Part shown: positions 53,839 through 62,351 of the stretch, one piece after another
How positions within the stretch are numbered: the first letter of the stretch is position 1
How the letters are laid out: every line of letters begins with the position of its first letter
Virus record (IMG/VR): IMGVR_UViG_3300043313_001352
Location: 1 to 64,000 of that record
Length of the DNA stretch: 64,000 nucleotides
Origin: a virus
Reading direction: 5' to 3' (one strand)
Made by a program: the position numbers and the translations under genes
Notes under the pieces: generated by a model
The model's input: the letters and a program-made list of their open reading frames with translations, nothing else
What the model was told of the DNA's origin: nothing
The model's database searches: none

Positions 53839-54446
53839 CTCAGCTCGGACTGCTCCTCGTCGATGAACACCGGCCACACATCAGCGGTCTCCCGGCACCG
53901 GGAGATCCCGCAGACACGGGCGCCGTCGACCCAGGCGAACCGTCGCTCCAGCTCCTGCTCGGCCCAGGCCGGGTTGCTCAGTGCGGCCCGGCGCTTGGAC
54001 AAATGGGTCGAGAACGCCCTCAACCCGGTCAGGAACGGGTGTCGTCCGTGGTCCTTGCGGTCGATCGGCAGCCGTTGGTTCCAGTAGCGGTTCGGTCGGT
54101 CGATGTCGGCGATCGGCCGGAACTCGACGCACGGACACGTGGGGTGCACCACCGTGGTCTGCGTCTGCGCCTCCCGGTCCATCGACTTGGTCTCGGTCTG
54201 AAAGCCGCGGTCCGGCATCGCACCGACGCAGCCGTCGAGGATGGCACTCACGGTCACCTCCAGGCCGCCGATGTTCCGCGGGAACGGCGCCGGTACGTGA
54301 TACGCACCGCCGATCGACTCGCCGTGATAGCGGTCGAGGTGGCCACACACGCAGATCTTGAACCAGTTGTGGTACCCAGCTCGCTCACGCTTCCTGGTGA
54401 AGAAATCCTGTCCGAAACTGTTCTTGACCTCGTCCGAGATGCCCAC
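53820..54446 (-). CDS. Cys/His-rich hypothetical protein
   Basis: GGAG RBS; CVCGH, CPC, C...C, C..H. Confidence 0.6.
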   Translation of the reverse strand: MGISDEVKNSFGQDFFTRKRERAGYHNWFKICVCGHLDRYHGESIGGAYHVPAPFPRNIGGLEVTVSAILDGCVGAMPDRGFQTETKSMDREAQTQTTVVHPTCPCVEFRPIADIDRPNRYWNQRLPIDRKDHGRHPFLTGLRAFSTHLSKRRAALSNPAWAEQELERRFAWVDGARVCGISRCRETADVWPVFIDEEQSELRCAAHR

Positions 54447-54907
54447 GGTTGTGACTCCTATGTGCCAATCTGTTCAACGGTTGGTGTGATCTTATCATAG
54501 TCAAACCAGGGTCGTACATGCAAACCAGATTCATACCAGTAGATCAAGCAGGAGACGGCCCAGGAGACGGCCCAGCCTGCGCCCAGCCTGAACCATTCAC
54601 GCAACTCATAGAACGGAATGCTTTTTGGGGGTGCCGCGTGACGAGCTGAGGCGACAAGGATCCGCGCCGACACCCTTTTTGGCTGGGCCACCACTGGGCC
54701 GTCCACTGCTTCATCACTGCTTTGATGTCCGTTTCCTCCCTAGTCACCTGTGCCTCCCGACCCCGTCCTCCCCCACCGTCGCTGACCCCTTAGAACCCGC
54801 ACTCCAGATTGCTCGTCTGAACCCTTAGTCCCCACACTTCCAAGTGGTTGTCCCCGTCCACCATCTCTAGGGATTCACCTGTCGGACGATGTGCTACTCA
54901 GATCCCC

Positions 54908-55435
54908 TCAGACCAGCCGCACCCCGACGAACACCCTCGCCTTCCCGTCCCACGTCGCACCCGCCGCCAGCAGGTGCTCGCGCAGCACCTCGCGCTTCAT
55001 CCGCAGACTTCCCGGCAGCTCCCGGAACCTCTCGCGCTCCGTGAACGCCAGCCAGGTCGCGAACGACACCTCCACGTCCCTCGGCGCCACGGTGTCCCCC
55101 TCCGGCCCCGTCCTCCCGGTCACCTCCACGCACGCCTCCCCCCACGCGCGCACCACCGGCTCCACCTCGGCCCGCCACTTCTCCTCGCGCGTCACCGCGC
55201 CGGGCACCGGCACCGTGTCGACGTGCACGTGCGTGATCCGCCACGCCCCCGGTCGCCCCAGCCAGGACTCGCGCTGGGTCTGGCTCATCAGCAGGAACCG
55301 CCCGAGTGCGGCCTGCCACTCCGCCCCGTACCGGGGCTCGGCCTTCCCCTCCGCGACCGCTGCGTCCCAGCACAGCCCCCAGCCCGCCAGCGCCTTGCTC
55401 AACCTCGCCGTCCCCACCATCTCAGCCGTCTCCAT
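54908..55435 (-). CDS. Hypothetical protein, possible primase-C-terminal-like winged helix
   Basis: PVVRAWGEACVEVTG...DVEVSFATW...VFVGVRLV parallels the C-terminus of 62348..64000. Confidence 0.55.
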   Translation of the reverse strand: METAEMVGTARLSKALAGWGLCWDAAVAEGKAEPRYGAEWQAALGRFLLMSQTQRESWLGRPGAWRITHVHVDTVPVPGAVTREEKWRAEVEPVVRAWGEACVEVTGRTGPEGDTVAPRDVEVSFATWLAFTERERFRELPGSLRMKREVLREHLLAAGATWDGKARVFVGVRLV

Positions 55436-55498
55436 CGTCGCTCTCCTCCACGTTGATTGGTGATTCACCTGTTGCCAACCTACCGAGCCCGCCCCGCT

Positions 55499-55871
55499 GG
55501 GCTAGGCTCTCCCCGCCCTCGGCAAGTCGGGGCAAGGCTTGGCTTGGCATGGCAGGGCAGGGCTCCCCCTAGGCCAGGCGCGGTCAGGCAGGGTTCGGCT
55601 CGGTCAGGCAGGGCAGGTTCGGCAGGGCGCGGTGTGCTGAGGTCCGGCGTGGCGAGGTGGGGCAAGGCACGGCAGGCTCGGAGCGGCTCGGCACGGCTAG
55701 GCATGGTGAGGCAGGCACACCCAGGCGGGGTCCGGCAGGGCACGTCAGCATTTGGCAGGGCATGGCAGGTGGGGCAAGGCTCGGTGTGGCCTGGCGGCGT
55801 ACGGCATGGTTGGGTTCGGTTCGGCGTGGCAGGCACGGTTAGGCATGGCAAGGTGAGGCGTGGCGAGGCGC
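55499..55871. repeat. Period-5 GGNNN tract
   Basis: Runs such as ggcaa ggctt ggctt ggcat ggcag ggcag ggctc. Confidence 0.8.
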
Positions 55872-55919
55872 GAGGGAACCCGCTCGCTCGTCGTCAGGGT
55901 GGTGTGTACTCTTCTCCCC

Positions 55920-56324
55920 ATGGGAGGGAACAAGCGCGGGTCGGTATTACGGTCACTGACCTGCCACTACTGCGGTGAGCGGGCCGAGGGCGAAGACCAC
56001 ATCGTGCCGCGAGCCGACCTGCCCAAGCCGCTCTCGAAGCTGCCCTACTGGTTCCGCGCCAACGACGTCGTTCCGGCCTGCCAGCCCTGCAACGGCGACA
56101 AGGCGTGGTTCAGGTCCGACTGCGTCTGCTCGCACTGCACATGGGCTTGGTCCACCGCTCACGCGCTGTTCCTGCCCGAGGGCTACACCGAGCGCGGTTG
56201 GGTCGCCATCCAGCAGAACCCGACCATCGCGATGCCGCTCGCGGTCCCGCGCCCCGACCGGTCCGCCTACCCAGGCACCCGCGAAGGCCGGTCCGACCGC
56301 GAGTCCCAGGCCCTGTCGAACTAG
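55920..56324 (+). CDS. HNH endonuclease
   Basis: CHYCG...DHIVPR...NDVVPACQPCNGDK. Confidence 0.85.
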   Translation: MGGNKRGSVLRSLTCHYCGERAEGEDHIVPRADLPKPLSKLPYWFRANDVVPACQPCNGDKAWFRSDCVCSHCTWAWSTAHALFLPEGYTERGWVAIQQNPTIAMPLAVPRPDRSAYPGTREGRSDRESQALSN

Positions 56325-56462
56325 TCTCCGCCCGCCGCTCCGACTAGCTCGGCAGGGCCGCTCGCGCTCTACCTAGACCACCCCGTCCCCCTGGCGCGAG
56401 CGTTGGTCAAATGAGAGAGTGCCAACTCATTCACCTGTCACTCACCTCCTGGGAGTTCCTCC

Positions 56463-56942
56463 ATGCGCCGTCGACTCGCGCTCCTGCCCACCGTCCTCGC
56501 TGTCGCCTTCACCGGGCTGTTTGCCGCCGCACCAGCTCAAGCCGCACCACCGGTCGACTACACGCACCAGGGACTCAACGACGCGACGGCTCACATCGAG
56601 CTGAAGGGTCCGATCAAGGTCACCGGCAAGACTGCCACCGTCAAGCTCCAGGTCGACTGCACCAAGGGTCGTCAGGCCAGCGTGGGTGGTGGCGTGTACC
56701 TGGACCCAGACAACTCCTGGCCCCCGGTCTACTACTACTACTCGCCCTTGACCAGTGCGTTCACCTGCACGGGTCATCCTCAGAACGTCAGCTTCACCGC
56801 GGTGGCGGGAGCAGGCCCCGCCGAGGGCAATCAGACGCTGGCGCCGACCAAGGGCATCACGCAGTTCTACGCCTATGTCGTCTACGCCAACGAGGACGAC
56901 GTGACCGATGACTTCATCGGAGGCACCGCTCGCCTGGGCTGA
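56463..56942 (+). CDS. Secreted protein
   Basis: MRRR...APAQA signal peptide. Confidence 0.7.
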   Translation: MRRRLALLPTVLAVAFTGLFAAAPAQAAPPVDYTHQGLNDATAHIELKGPIKVTGKTATVKLQVDCTKGRQASVGGGVYLDPDNSWPPVYYYYSPLTSAFTCTGHPQNVSFTAVAGAGPAEGNQTLAPTKGITQFYAYVVYANEDDVTDDFIGGTARLG

Positions 56943-57407
56943 CTACCGCCCACCCCAGGCCCGGTTCACCTCGTCGAGCACCGTCCACGGCGCCCGCCCG
57001 GCCTCGTTCGAGGTGAACCGGACGATCCGCCAGCCCAGCGCCTCGATCTCGCGCTGCCGCTTGTGGTGCTTGGCCCAGGCTTCCTGCGGCCCGTGGAAGG
57101 CCAGCCCGTCGATCTCGATCCCGAGCTTGCGCCCGGCCAGCCCGAAGTCCAGGTAGTAGCGCCCCACGCGCACCTGACGACGCAGCCCGGCCAGTGCAGG
57201 CCACCGGTCCGGCGATGCCGTGTACGCCGCCCACAGCACGTCCTCGGACGGCCCCACCCACGGTCCGCCGACCTTCTTCTCCCCCGCCCCGCCAGCCGTC
57301 CCAGCCACAGTGAACCGGCCGTCCTTGCCCCGCGCCCGCCCCCGCACCGGGGTCCCCCGGACCAGGATCATCCGGGGAGTCCGCACCACCCTGCGCCGCC
57401 GCGCCAT
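56943..57407 (-). CDS. DUF559/Vsr-like endonuclease
   Basis: RQVRVGRYYLDF...KLGIEIDGLAFH...LGWRIVRF. Confidence 0.85.
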   Translation of the reverse strand: MARRRRVVRTPRMILVRGTPVRGRARGKDGRFTVAGTAGGAGEKKVGGPWVGPSEDVLWAAYTASPDRWPALAGLRRQVRVGRYYLDFGLAGRKLGIEIDGLAFHGPQEAWAKHHKRQREIEALGWRIVRFTSNEAGRAPWTVLDEVNRAWGGR

Positions 57408-57475
57408 GTGTCCACGCTACGGGACCTTCGGCGTCACCTGTCGCTCACCTGCCGCAACGGTCTACCATCCTCACT

Positions 57476-57856
57476 ATGCGCGCCACTCTCTCGGGCACCC
57501 TCACTGGAGTCCTCTCAGCCCTGCTCACCGTCTCCGTGTTCGCCGCCCTGTGCCTGCTTGCCGCCCCCGCTCAAGCCGCCGACCACCGCCGCTGTGTCAC
57601 CGTGCGTGAGTACCGCGCCGTACACGTCGGACAGCCCGCCCGCCGTGCGGTCCGGATCCTGGACGGTTACGGCGCCGAGGGTGACCTGGGCCGGGTCTAC
57701 CGGATGTGCCGAGGCGGGCACGCGGTCATCGGGTTCTCCGGTGCCCCGGCGATCGTCACGATGAAGTTCCGCCTCGCCCCCGGCTCCGACCCGTGGGGCC
57801 GGGTCTACCTGCTGCCCAGCCTCAGCCCGGCCGCTCCGCTCTCCCAGCTGCTCTAG
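57476..57856 (+). CDS. Secreted protein
   Basis: Signal peptide ending APAQA; CVTVREYRAV. Confidence 0.6.
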   Translation: MRATLSGTLTGVLSALLTVSVFAALCLLAAPAQAADHRRCVTVREYRAVHVGQPARRAVRILDGYGAEGDLGRVYRMCRGGHAVIGFSGAPAIVTMKFRLAPGSDPWGRVYLLPSLSPAAPLSQLL

Positions 57857-58164
57857 CCGTTCTGGACGACCCGCGCCGCTGCGGCGAGCGCCCGCTGCGC
57901 GCTGGTGTTCCCCGCGGCCTGCCGGGCCATCACGCCCAGCTTGCGGACCAGCCGGGTCCGCAGCCGCGCCTCGCTGCGCAGGACGTGCTGGTCGTAGACC
58001 ATCACCAGCTCGTCGGCCACGTGCGCCTTGAACTCGTTTGCCGCGTCCGACCGGGACTCCCAGGTCCCGCACGAGCAGCGTCCGTGGTAGGGCCGGACCC
58101 ACTGCAGCTCGTGCGCCCGGAGCACCCGCATGATGGCCTTGGTCACCGAGTCCGGCTCCGTCAC
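57853..58164 (-). CDS. Hypothetical protein
   Basis: H...CSCG...HVAD. Confidence 0.55.
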   Translation of the reverse strand: MTEPDSVTKAIMRVLRAHELQWVRPYHGRCSCGTWESRSDAANEFKAHVADELVMVYDQHVLRSEARLRTRLVRKLGVMARQAAGNTSAQRALAAAARVVQNG

Positions 58165-58328
58165 CGCTCAGTCACCTGTGCCTCGGGTCCGCCAGCCGGG
58201 CTCCCCACAGACCGTGCAGACCACCGAGTCGAACGTCGTGATGGGGTACGCCCTGGACCCCCACACCGTCCGCCACCGGTGCGCCCGGTCGAAGCTCTGC
58301 CGCAGCACGTGCTGCCGGATCCAACACC

Positions 58329-58658
58329 TCACTCCACCACTGTCTCTTGGATCTGCTCGATGATGTGCGCCAGCGCACTGAACGCGTCGCGGTAGTTGAT
58401 CTCCCGGAACGCGGGCGGCAGGTGGTTCTGGCCGGTCTTGAAGTCCTCGGGGCGCAGCGCGTCCGCTGCCGCTACCAGCTCGCGCACCCGCTGCAGCTTC
58501 GCCGCGTCCGACGCCTCCGGCTCCTTCGGTGGTGGCGGCGCCTCGCATCCGTCGCACCGGGCCAGGTGGTTGTCGATCACGTCGACCGGCATCGAGGCCA
58601 GCGCCGGGTCGTGGTTCTGCAGCTTGGCCTCGCGCCTCTTGCTCTCCCTGCTCATCAC
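58329..58658 (-). CDS. Hypothetical protein
   Basis: Minus-strand ORF chain. Confidence 0.55.
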   Translation of the reverse strand: MMSRESKRREAKLQNHDPALASMPVDVIDNHLARCDGCEAPPPPKEPEASDAAKLQRVRELVAAADALRPEDFKTGQNHLPPAFREINYRDAFSALAHIIEQIQETVVE

Positions 58659-58659
58659 G

Positions 58660-58941
58660 TCACCGTCCTGGTTCGCTCAGCTCGTGCGGCCGGTCGCACA
58701 CCGTGCGCACCCGCTGCACGGTGGCCCCGTCGTTGTCGGTGTACCAGCAGCCGTTGGCCGGGTTGTACAGGCACAGGGTCCCGTCACCGTGGGAGAACGC
58801 CCGCGACCAGGCCATCGTGGTGCCGTGCTCGTCGGTGCCGTAGTGCCCCTCGATCCCGTGCACCGGACAGTCCGGGGCCGGATTGGACGTCGACAGCGCG
58901 AAGCCAGGACCGCAGGTACACCCAGCCGCCAACGGACTCAC
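58660..58941 (-). CDS. Hypothetical protein
   Basis: CTC...CPVHG. Confidence 0.5.
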   Translation of the reverse strand: MSPLAAGCTCGPGFALSTSNPAPDCPVHGIEGHYGTDEHGTTMAWSRAFSHGDGTLCLYNPANGCWYTDNDGATVQRVRTVCDRPHELSEPGR

Positions 58942-58951
58942 CCCTGCCCTC

Positions 58952-59167
58952 TCACGGGTTCATCAGCTCCCTGGCCAGGTCGAGCACCTTGCCCGACAGC
59001 TCTTGACGGACCCGGACCTCGGCCATGTGCGAGCCCAGGTCAGCAACCACCCCGGTCACGTCCAGCACCCCGCGCAGGTGACCGATCGCCGCCATCAGAG
59101 ACTCGGCGTCGTCCTCACGGATGTCCTTCTCCAGCACGACGGTCAGGGTGTGATACCGGTCCGTCAT
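58952..59167 (-). CDS. Small conserved phage protein
   Basis: MTDRYHTLTVVLEKDIREDDAE. Confidence 0.7.
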   Translation of the reverse strand: MTDRYHTLTVVLEKDIREDDAESLMAAIGHLRGVLDVTGVVADLGSHMAEVRVRQELSGKVLDLARELMNP

Positions 59168-59772
59168 CGCTCACTCCGCGGCGTCCCGATCTTGCGGGCC
59201 GGTGACGCCGGACGTCCCCAGGTCCAGCCGCAGCTGTTGCACCACGGTGAGCGCCCGTCTCGGTGCTGCACCTCGTGGTGGGTCGGGCAGTCCGGCGCCC
59301 GCTCCCGCGCCCTCGTCAGCGCCTCTGACACCTCTGACGCCTCGGGCGCCAGCTCACCCTTGCGCCGCCCCACCGCGAGCGCGTCCCCGTCGTCGGGGTT
59401 GAGGTGGTTCGCCGCGTCCCACAGCGCCGCCCCACGGGCGTCGCCCGAGCCGTGCTCGTCGAAGCGCAGCACCGCCGTGTGCCGCAGCTCACCCGCGGCC
59501 CGGTACAGGATCTCCACCTGCGCCGCCTGCTCGGCCGCGTCCACGATCGAGGCCACCGCCGGAGCCAGCGCCGCCACCTGGTTCAGGTCGGCCGCCACCT
59601 CGGTGACCTCATCGACCTGATCGACCTGCATGCTCCCGGCCACCCCGTCCCACCCGGCGCGCCCGATCAGCAGCAGCACCGCATCCGCGGTCTCCCGCGG
59701 TGTCTCCTCGCGGGTCTTCCCGTCCGCGATCCGGCGCGCGATCAGCCGGGACATCCCCTCGACGCTCGGCAC
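59164..59772 (-). CDS. Hypothetical protein
   Basis: Coupled; C..H.EVQHRDGRSPWC..CG. Confidence 0.6.
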   Translation of the reverse strand: MPSVEGMSRLIARRIADGKTREETPRETADAVLLLIGRAGWDGVAGSMQVDQVDEVTEVAADLNQVAALAPAVASIVDAAEQAAQVEILYRAAGELRHTAVLRFDEHGSGDARGAALWDAANHLNPDDGDALAVGRRKGELAPEASEVSEALTRARERAPDCPTHHEVQHRDGRSPWCNSCGWTWGRPASPARKIGTPRSER

Positions 59773-60212
59773 TACTGCTCATCCTCCGGCTCGGCCGGTG
59801 CGAGCCCGGCCACCACCGCACGGGCGTAGGAGGCCCAGCGGGCACAGTTGCCGCACTGGTCGGCGGTGTAGCCGTCGCGCTCCATCCAGGAGAACTCGCG
59901 CAGGTGCTCCTCGTGGATCGCCTCCTTGGTCAGCGCCTCGACCACCCGGCCCCGCTCGATCTCCTCGGCGCCCTCGCGGACCGCGGCCAGCCAGCCGGGC
60001 GGGTCCGGGTAGGGCATTTCGGAGCCGTCCAGCCCGCGCAGCACCAGCATCGTCGGCACCCGCGGATCCTCGCGCAGCTCACGCAGCGTCGGCCGGACCG
60101 CCTCGTCCTCGATCGGCGGCACCGAGACCCGCGGTCCGTTCGGGTCCGGGGCCACCTCGTCCACCGGCCCAGGCTCGGGCGCCACCGGCGCCTGCTCGTC
60201 CTGGGTGCTCAC
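59772..60212 (-). CDS. Hypothetical protein
   Basis: Coupled. Confidence 0.55.
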   Translation of the reverse strand: MSTQDEQAPVAPEPGPVDEVAPDPNGPRVSVPPIEDEAVRPTLRELREDPRVPTMLVLRGLDGSEMPYPDPPGWLAAVREGAEEIERGRVVEALTKEAIHEEHLREFSWMERDGYTADQCGNCARWASYARAVVAGLAPAEPEDEQ

Positions 60213-60388
60213 AGCACCATCACCAGCCCGTACACCACAGCAGCCATCCCGTTGATCATCATCGTGTTGTCGGCCTCCAGCCGTTCGGTATCCACGTCAC
60301 CCGGCTCGCGCAGGTGGTGCATCCCGAGCACGTCACCTGCTGCCATCGACCCGAAGAACACCCCGAGGATCATGGTCAGGTAGGGCAT
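60209..60388 (-). CDS. Small membrane protein
   Basis: Two hydrophobic segments. Confidence 0.45.
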   Translation of the reverse strand: MPYLTMILGVFFGSMAAGDVLGMHHLREPGDVDTERLEADNTMMINGMAAVVYGLVMVL

Positions 60389-60426
60389 GCGTGGACAATA
60401 GCGGTTCCCCACTGGAGAATCTGCCA

Positions 60427-60669
60427 ATGTCCGAATCCGAGCCCGAATCCGAGTGCGAGATCTGCCAGCACCCGTTCGACCCGCACGCGATGATCGCCAC
60501 CACCGGCAACCCCCTGGACGGCGGGGTGATGCTGTGCCCGGATCCGGGCTGCATGTGCTTCGCGACCTGGTCAGCACCAGGCAGCGACGGCCGGACCCAG
60601 GTGGTGCTCCCGGACGCCGAGGAGCTGGCCGCGATGCGCGCCTTCATCCAAGGGATGCACCTGAACTAG
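60427..60669 (+). CDS. Small Zn-binding protein
   Basis: CEICQHPFDPH...CPDPGCMC. Confidence 0.55.
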   Translation: MSESEPESECEICQHPFDPHAMIATTGNPLDGGVMLCPDPGCMCFATWSAPGSDGRTQVVLPDAEELAAMRAFIQGMHLN

Positions 60670-61072
60670 CTGCCGTCCTCAGCCAGCCCGGAGACCACCG
60701 CCACCATCTCGTGCCCGAGCCCGTAGGCCACCGCGATCACGAACCCCACCAGCACCAGCACACACCCGGCGAAGAGGGCAGCCTGAAGCAGCCCCCGTGT
60801 CGTGATCTTCATCAGGCGGCAGGATCGCCTGGTTGCCCGCGCAGCGTCTCCACCAGGCAGCGCAGCCGGGTCAGCCGGATCTGCCGCGCCCGGTTGGTCT
60901 CCAGGCGCAGCTCGGCCTGCAGTCCGGCGTCCAGCTCGACCAGCAGCATCGCGGTGTCCGGTGGTGTATGTGAGACGCGCGCGCCCGACGAGACGGACGG
61001 GACGGGTGGGATGTCCATGGTGAGGACCATGCTGCCACCCCCGCCTGAGGCAGCGCTACTGGGCCAACACCC

Positions 61073-61765
61073 CTACGGCAGCGGGGCTCCCGGCTCCACC
61101 ACGACCTCGGCGTCCACCGCTGCCTCGGCCTCAGCCGCTGCATCAGCTTCGGCCGCGGCCTGCGCCTCGGAGAGGATCGAGACCGCCTCGGTGTGCGCGT
61201 CCTTGAGTGCGTCCAGCCGGTCCTTGATCACCGCGGTGATGTCCACTGTGGCGATCTGGGCGTCCACCCGGACGTCGACGCCGCGCACGTAGCCGGTCCG
61301 GTCCAGGATCTCCGAGGCAGCCTTGGCGCGCACCCCCATCGGGGAGTCCTCGTCGTCCATCGCCATCTCCAGCGTGCGGGTCGCCTTGGGCACCAGCCGG
61401 GTCAGGTTGGTCGCGGTCTCCTTGGCCACCGCCTCGGCCAGCTCCGGCGGGGCGTAGTAGTCCACCCCCATCTGCCGGGCGTGGTCCAGGCAGTAGCGGC
61501 TCTTGGTCGGGTCGGCCAGCAGCACCTCGCACTGGATCCGCTTGGCCCCGGAGTAGTAGCCGATCCCGTCCTCGGAGTTGCGGTTGAACATGCACGCCCA
61601 CGGGTTGAAGGTGCGCACCTCCCACGGCAGCCCGGCGTAGTAGTCCAGCTCGCTCTGCAGGAGCGGCTTGGCGGGCAGCCACGGGCGCGGCGCACCGGCG
61701 CTCGTCGTCCCCTCCTCGGGCTCAGGAAACGGCGAGGGCTCCATCCCCAGCGGTTCGCTTGTCAT
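61073..61765 (-). CDS. Possible terminase small subunit-like protein
   Basis: C...C...CLDH then LVPKATRTLEMAM...VRAKAASEILDRTG. Confidence 0.45.
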   Translation of the reverse strand: MTSEPLGMEPSPFPEPEEGTTSAGAPRPWLPAKPLLQSELDYYAGLPWEVRTFNPWACMFNRNSEDGIGYYSGAKRIQCEVLLADPTKSRYCLDHARQMGVDYYAPPELAEAVAKETATNLTRLVPKATRTLEMAMDDEDSPMGVRAKAASEILDRTGYVRGVDVRVDAQIATVDITAVIKDRLDALKDAHTEAVSILSEAQAAAEADAAAEAEAAVDAEVVVEPGAPLP

Positions 61766-61854
61766 AGTCGCAAGATACCAACCTTGGGCTCGATTGCACC
61801 CGTCTCAGTGGTTGCAGTTTTCCACAGGTTGTTGACAAACCTGTGGACTCAGGG

Positions 61855-62031
61855 TCAGCCTGCGCCGCCGCACCGGGACACCGAGTAGAACCAGGACAGC
61901 TCGTGCAGCTCGGTGACCTTGGACTGCGCCGAGGTCACCGCGGCGGTGTCGAACGTCTCGTCACGCTCGCGCGCCGCGAGCACGGCCTCCCAGATCTCGG
62001 CCCGACTCGCGGCGCCGTAACCGTAGGTCAC
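61855..62031 (-). CDS. Small hypothetical protein
   Basis: GTGA coupling. Confidence 0.45.
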   Translation of the reverse strand: MTYGYGAASRAEIWEAVLAARERDETFDTAAVTSAQSKVTELHELSWFYSVSRCGGAG

Positions 62032-62351
62032 GTCTCCCCGTTGCCCTCGTGCTGGCGTGGACCGTCCTCCTCGACGCGCCGGAACGTCACCGGCGTGCCG
62101 AGCAGCTTGTAGATCTCCTGGGCCTTCTCGGCGTCGATCGCCACCCACAGCCACTTGTCCCCCCACGGCGACATCATCTCGATGTGGAAGTCCTCGCCGA
62201 CGATCCCGGCCAGCACGTCGACGGCCTCACCGTCACCGGTGGCCTCCTCCAGCTGCTCCAGCACCTCGGCGTCCAGCTCGGGTTCCTTGCCGTAGTCCTC
62301 GGCGCCCTCCTGGGTGGTCACCATCACCACCGGCTCGTTCATCTCGCTCAT
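62028..62351 (-). CDS. Acidic hypothetical protein
   Basis: GGAGG RBS, coupled to primase. Confidence 0.6.
   Translation of the reverse strand: MSEMNEPVVMVTTQEGAEDYGKEPELDAEVLEQLEEATGDGEAVDVLAGIVGEDFHIEMMSPWGDKWLWVAIDAEKAQEIYKLLGTPVTFRRVEEDGPRQHEGNGET

Noticed and set aside
54458-54747. Minus-strand ORFs in an AT-richer patch
   Set aside because: Two competing short frames, neither with convincing support.
55457-55978. ORFs across the period-5 tract
   Set aside because: G/R/A-rich translations of the repeat with no RBS or codon bias.
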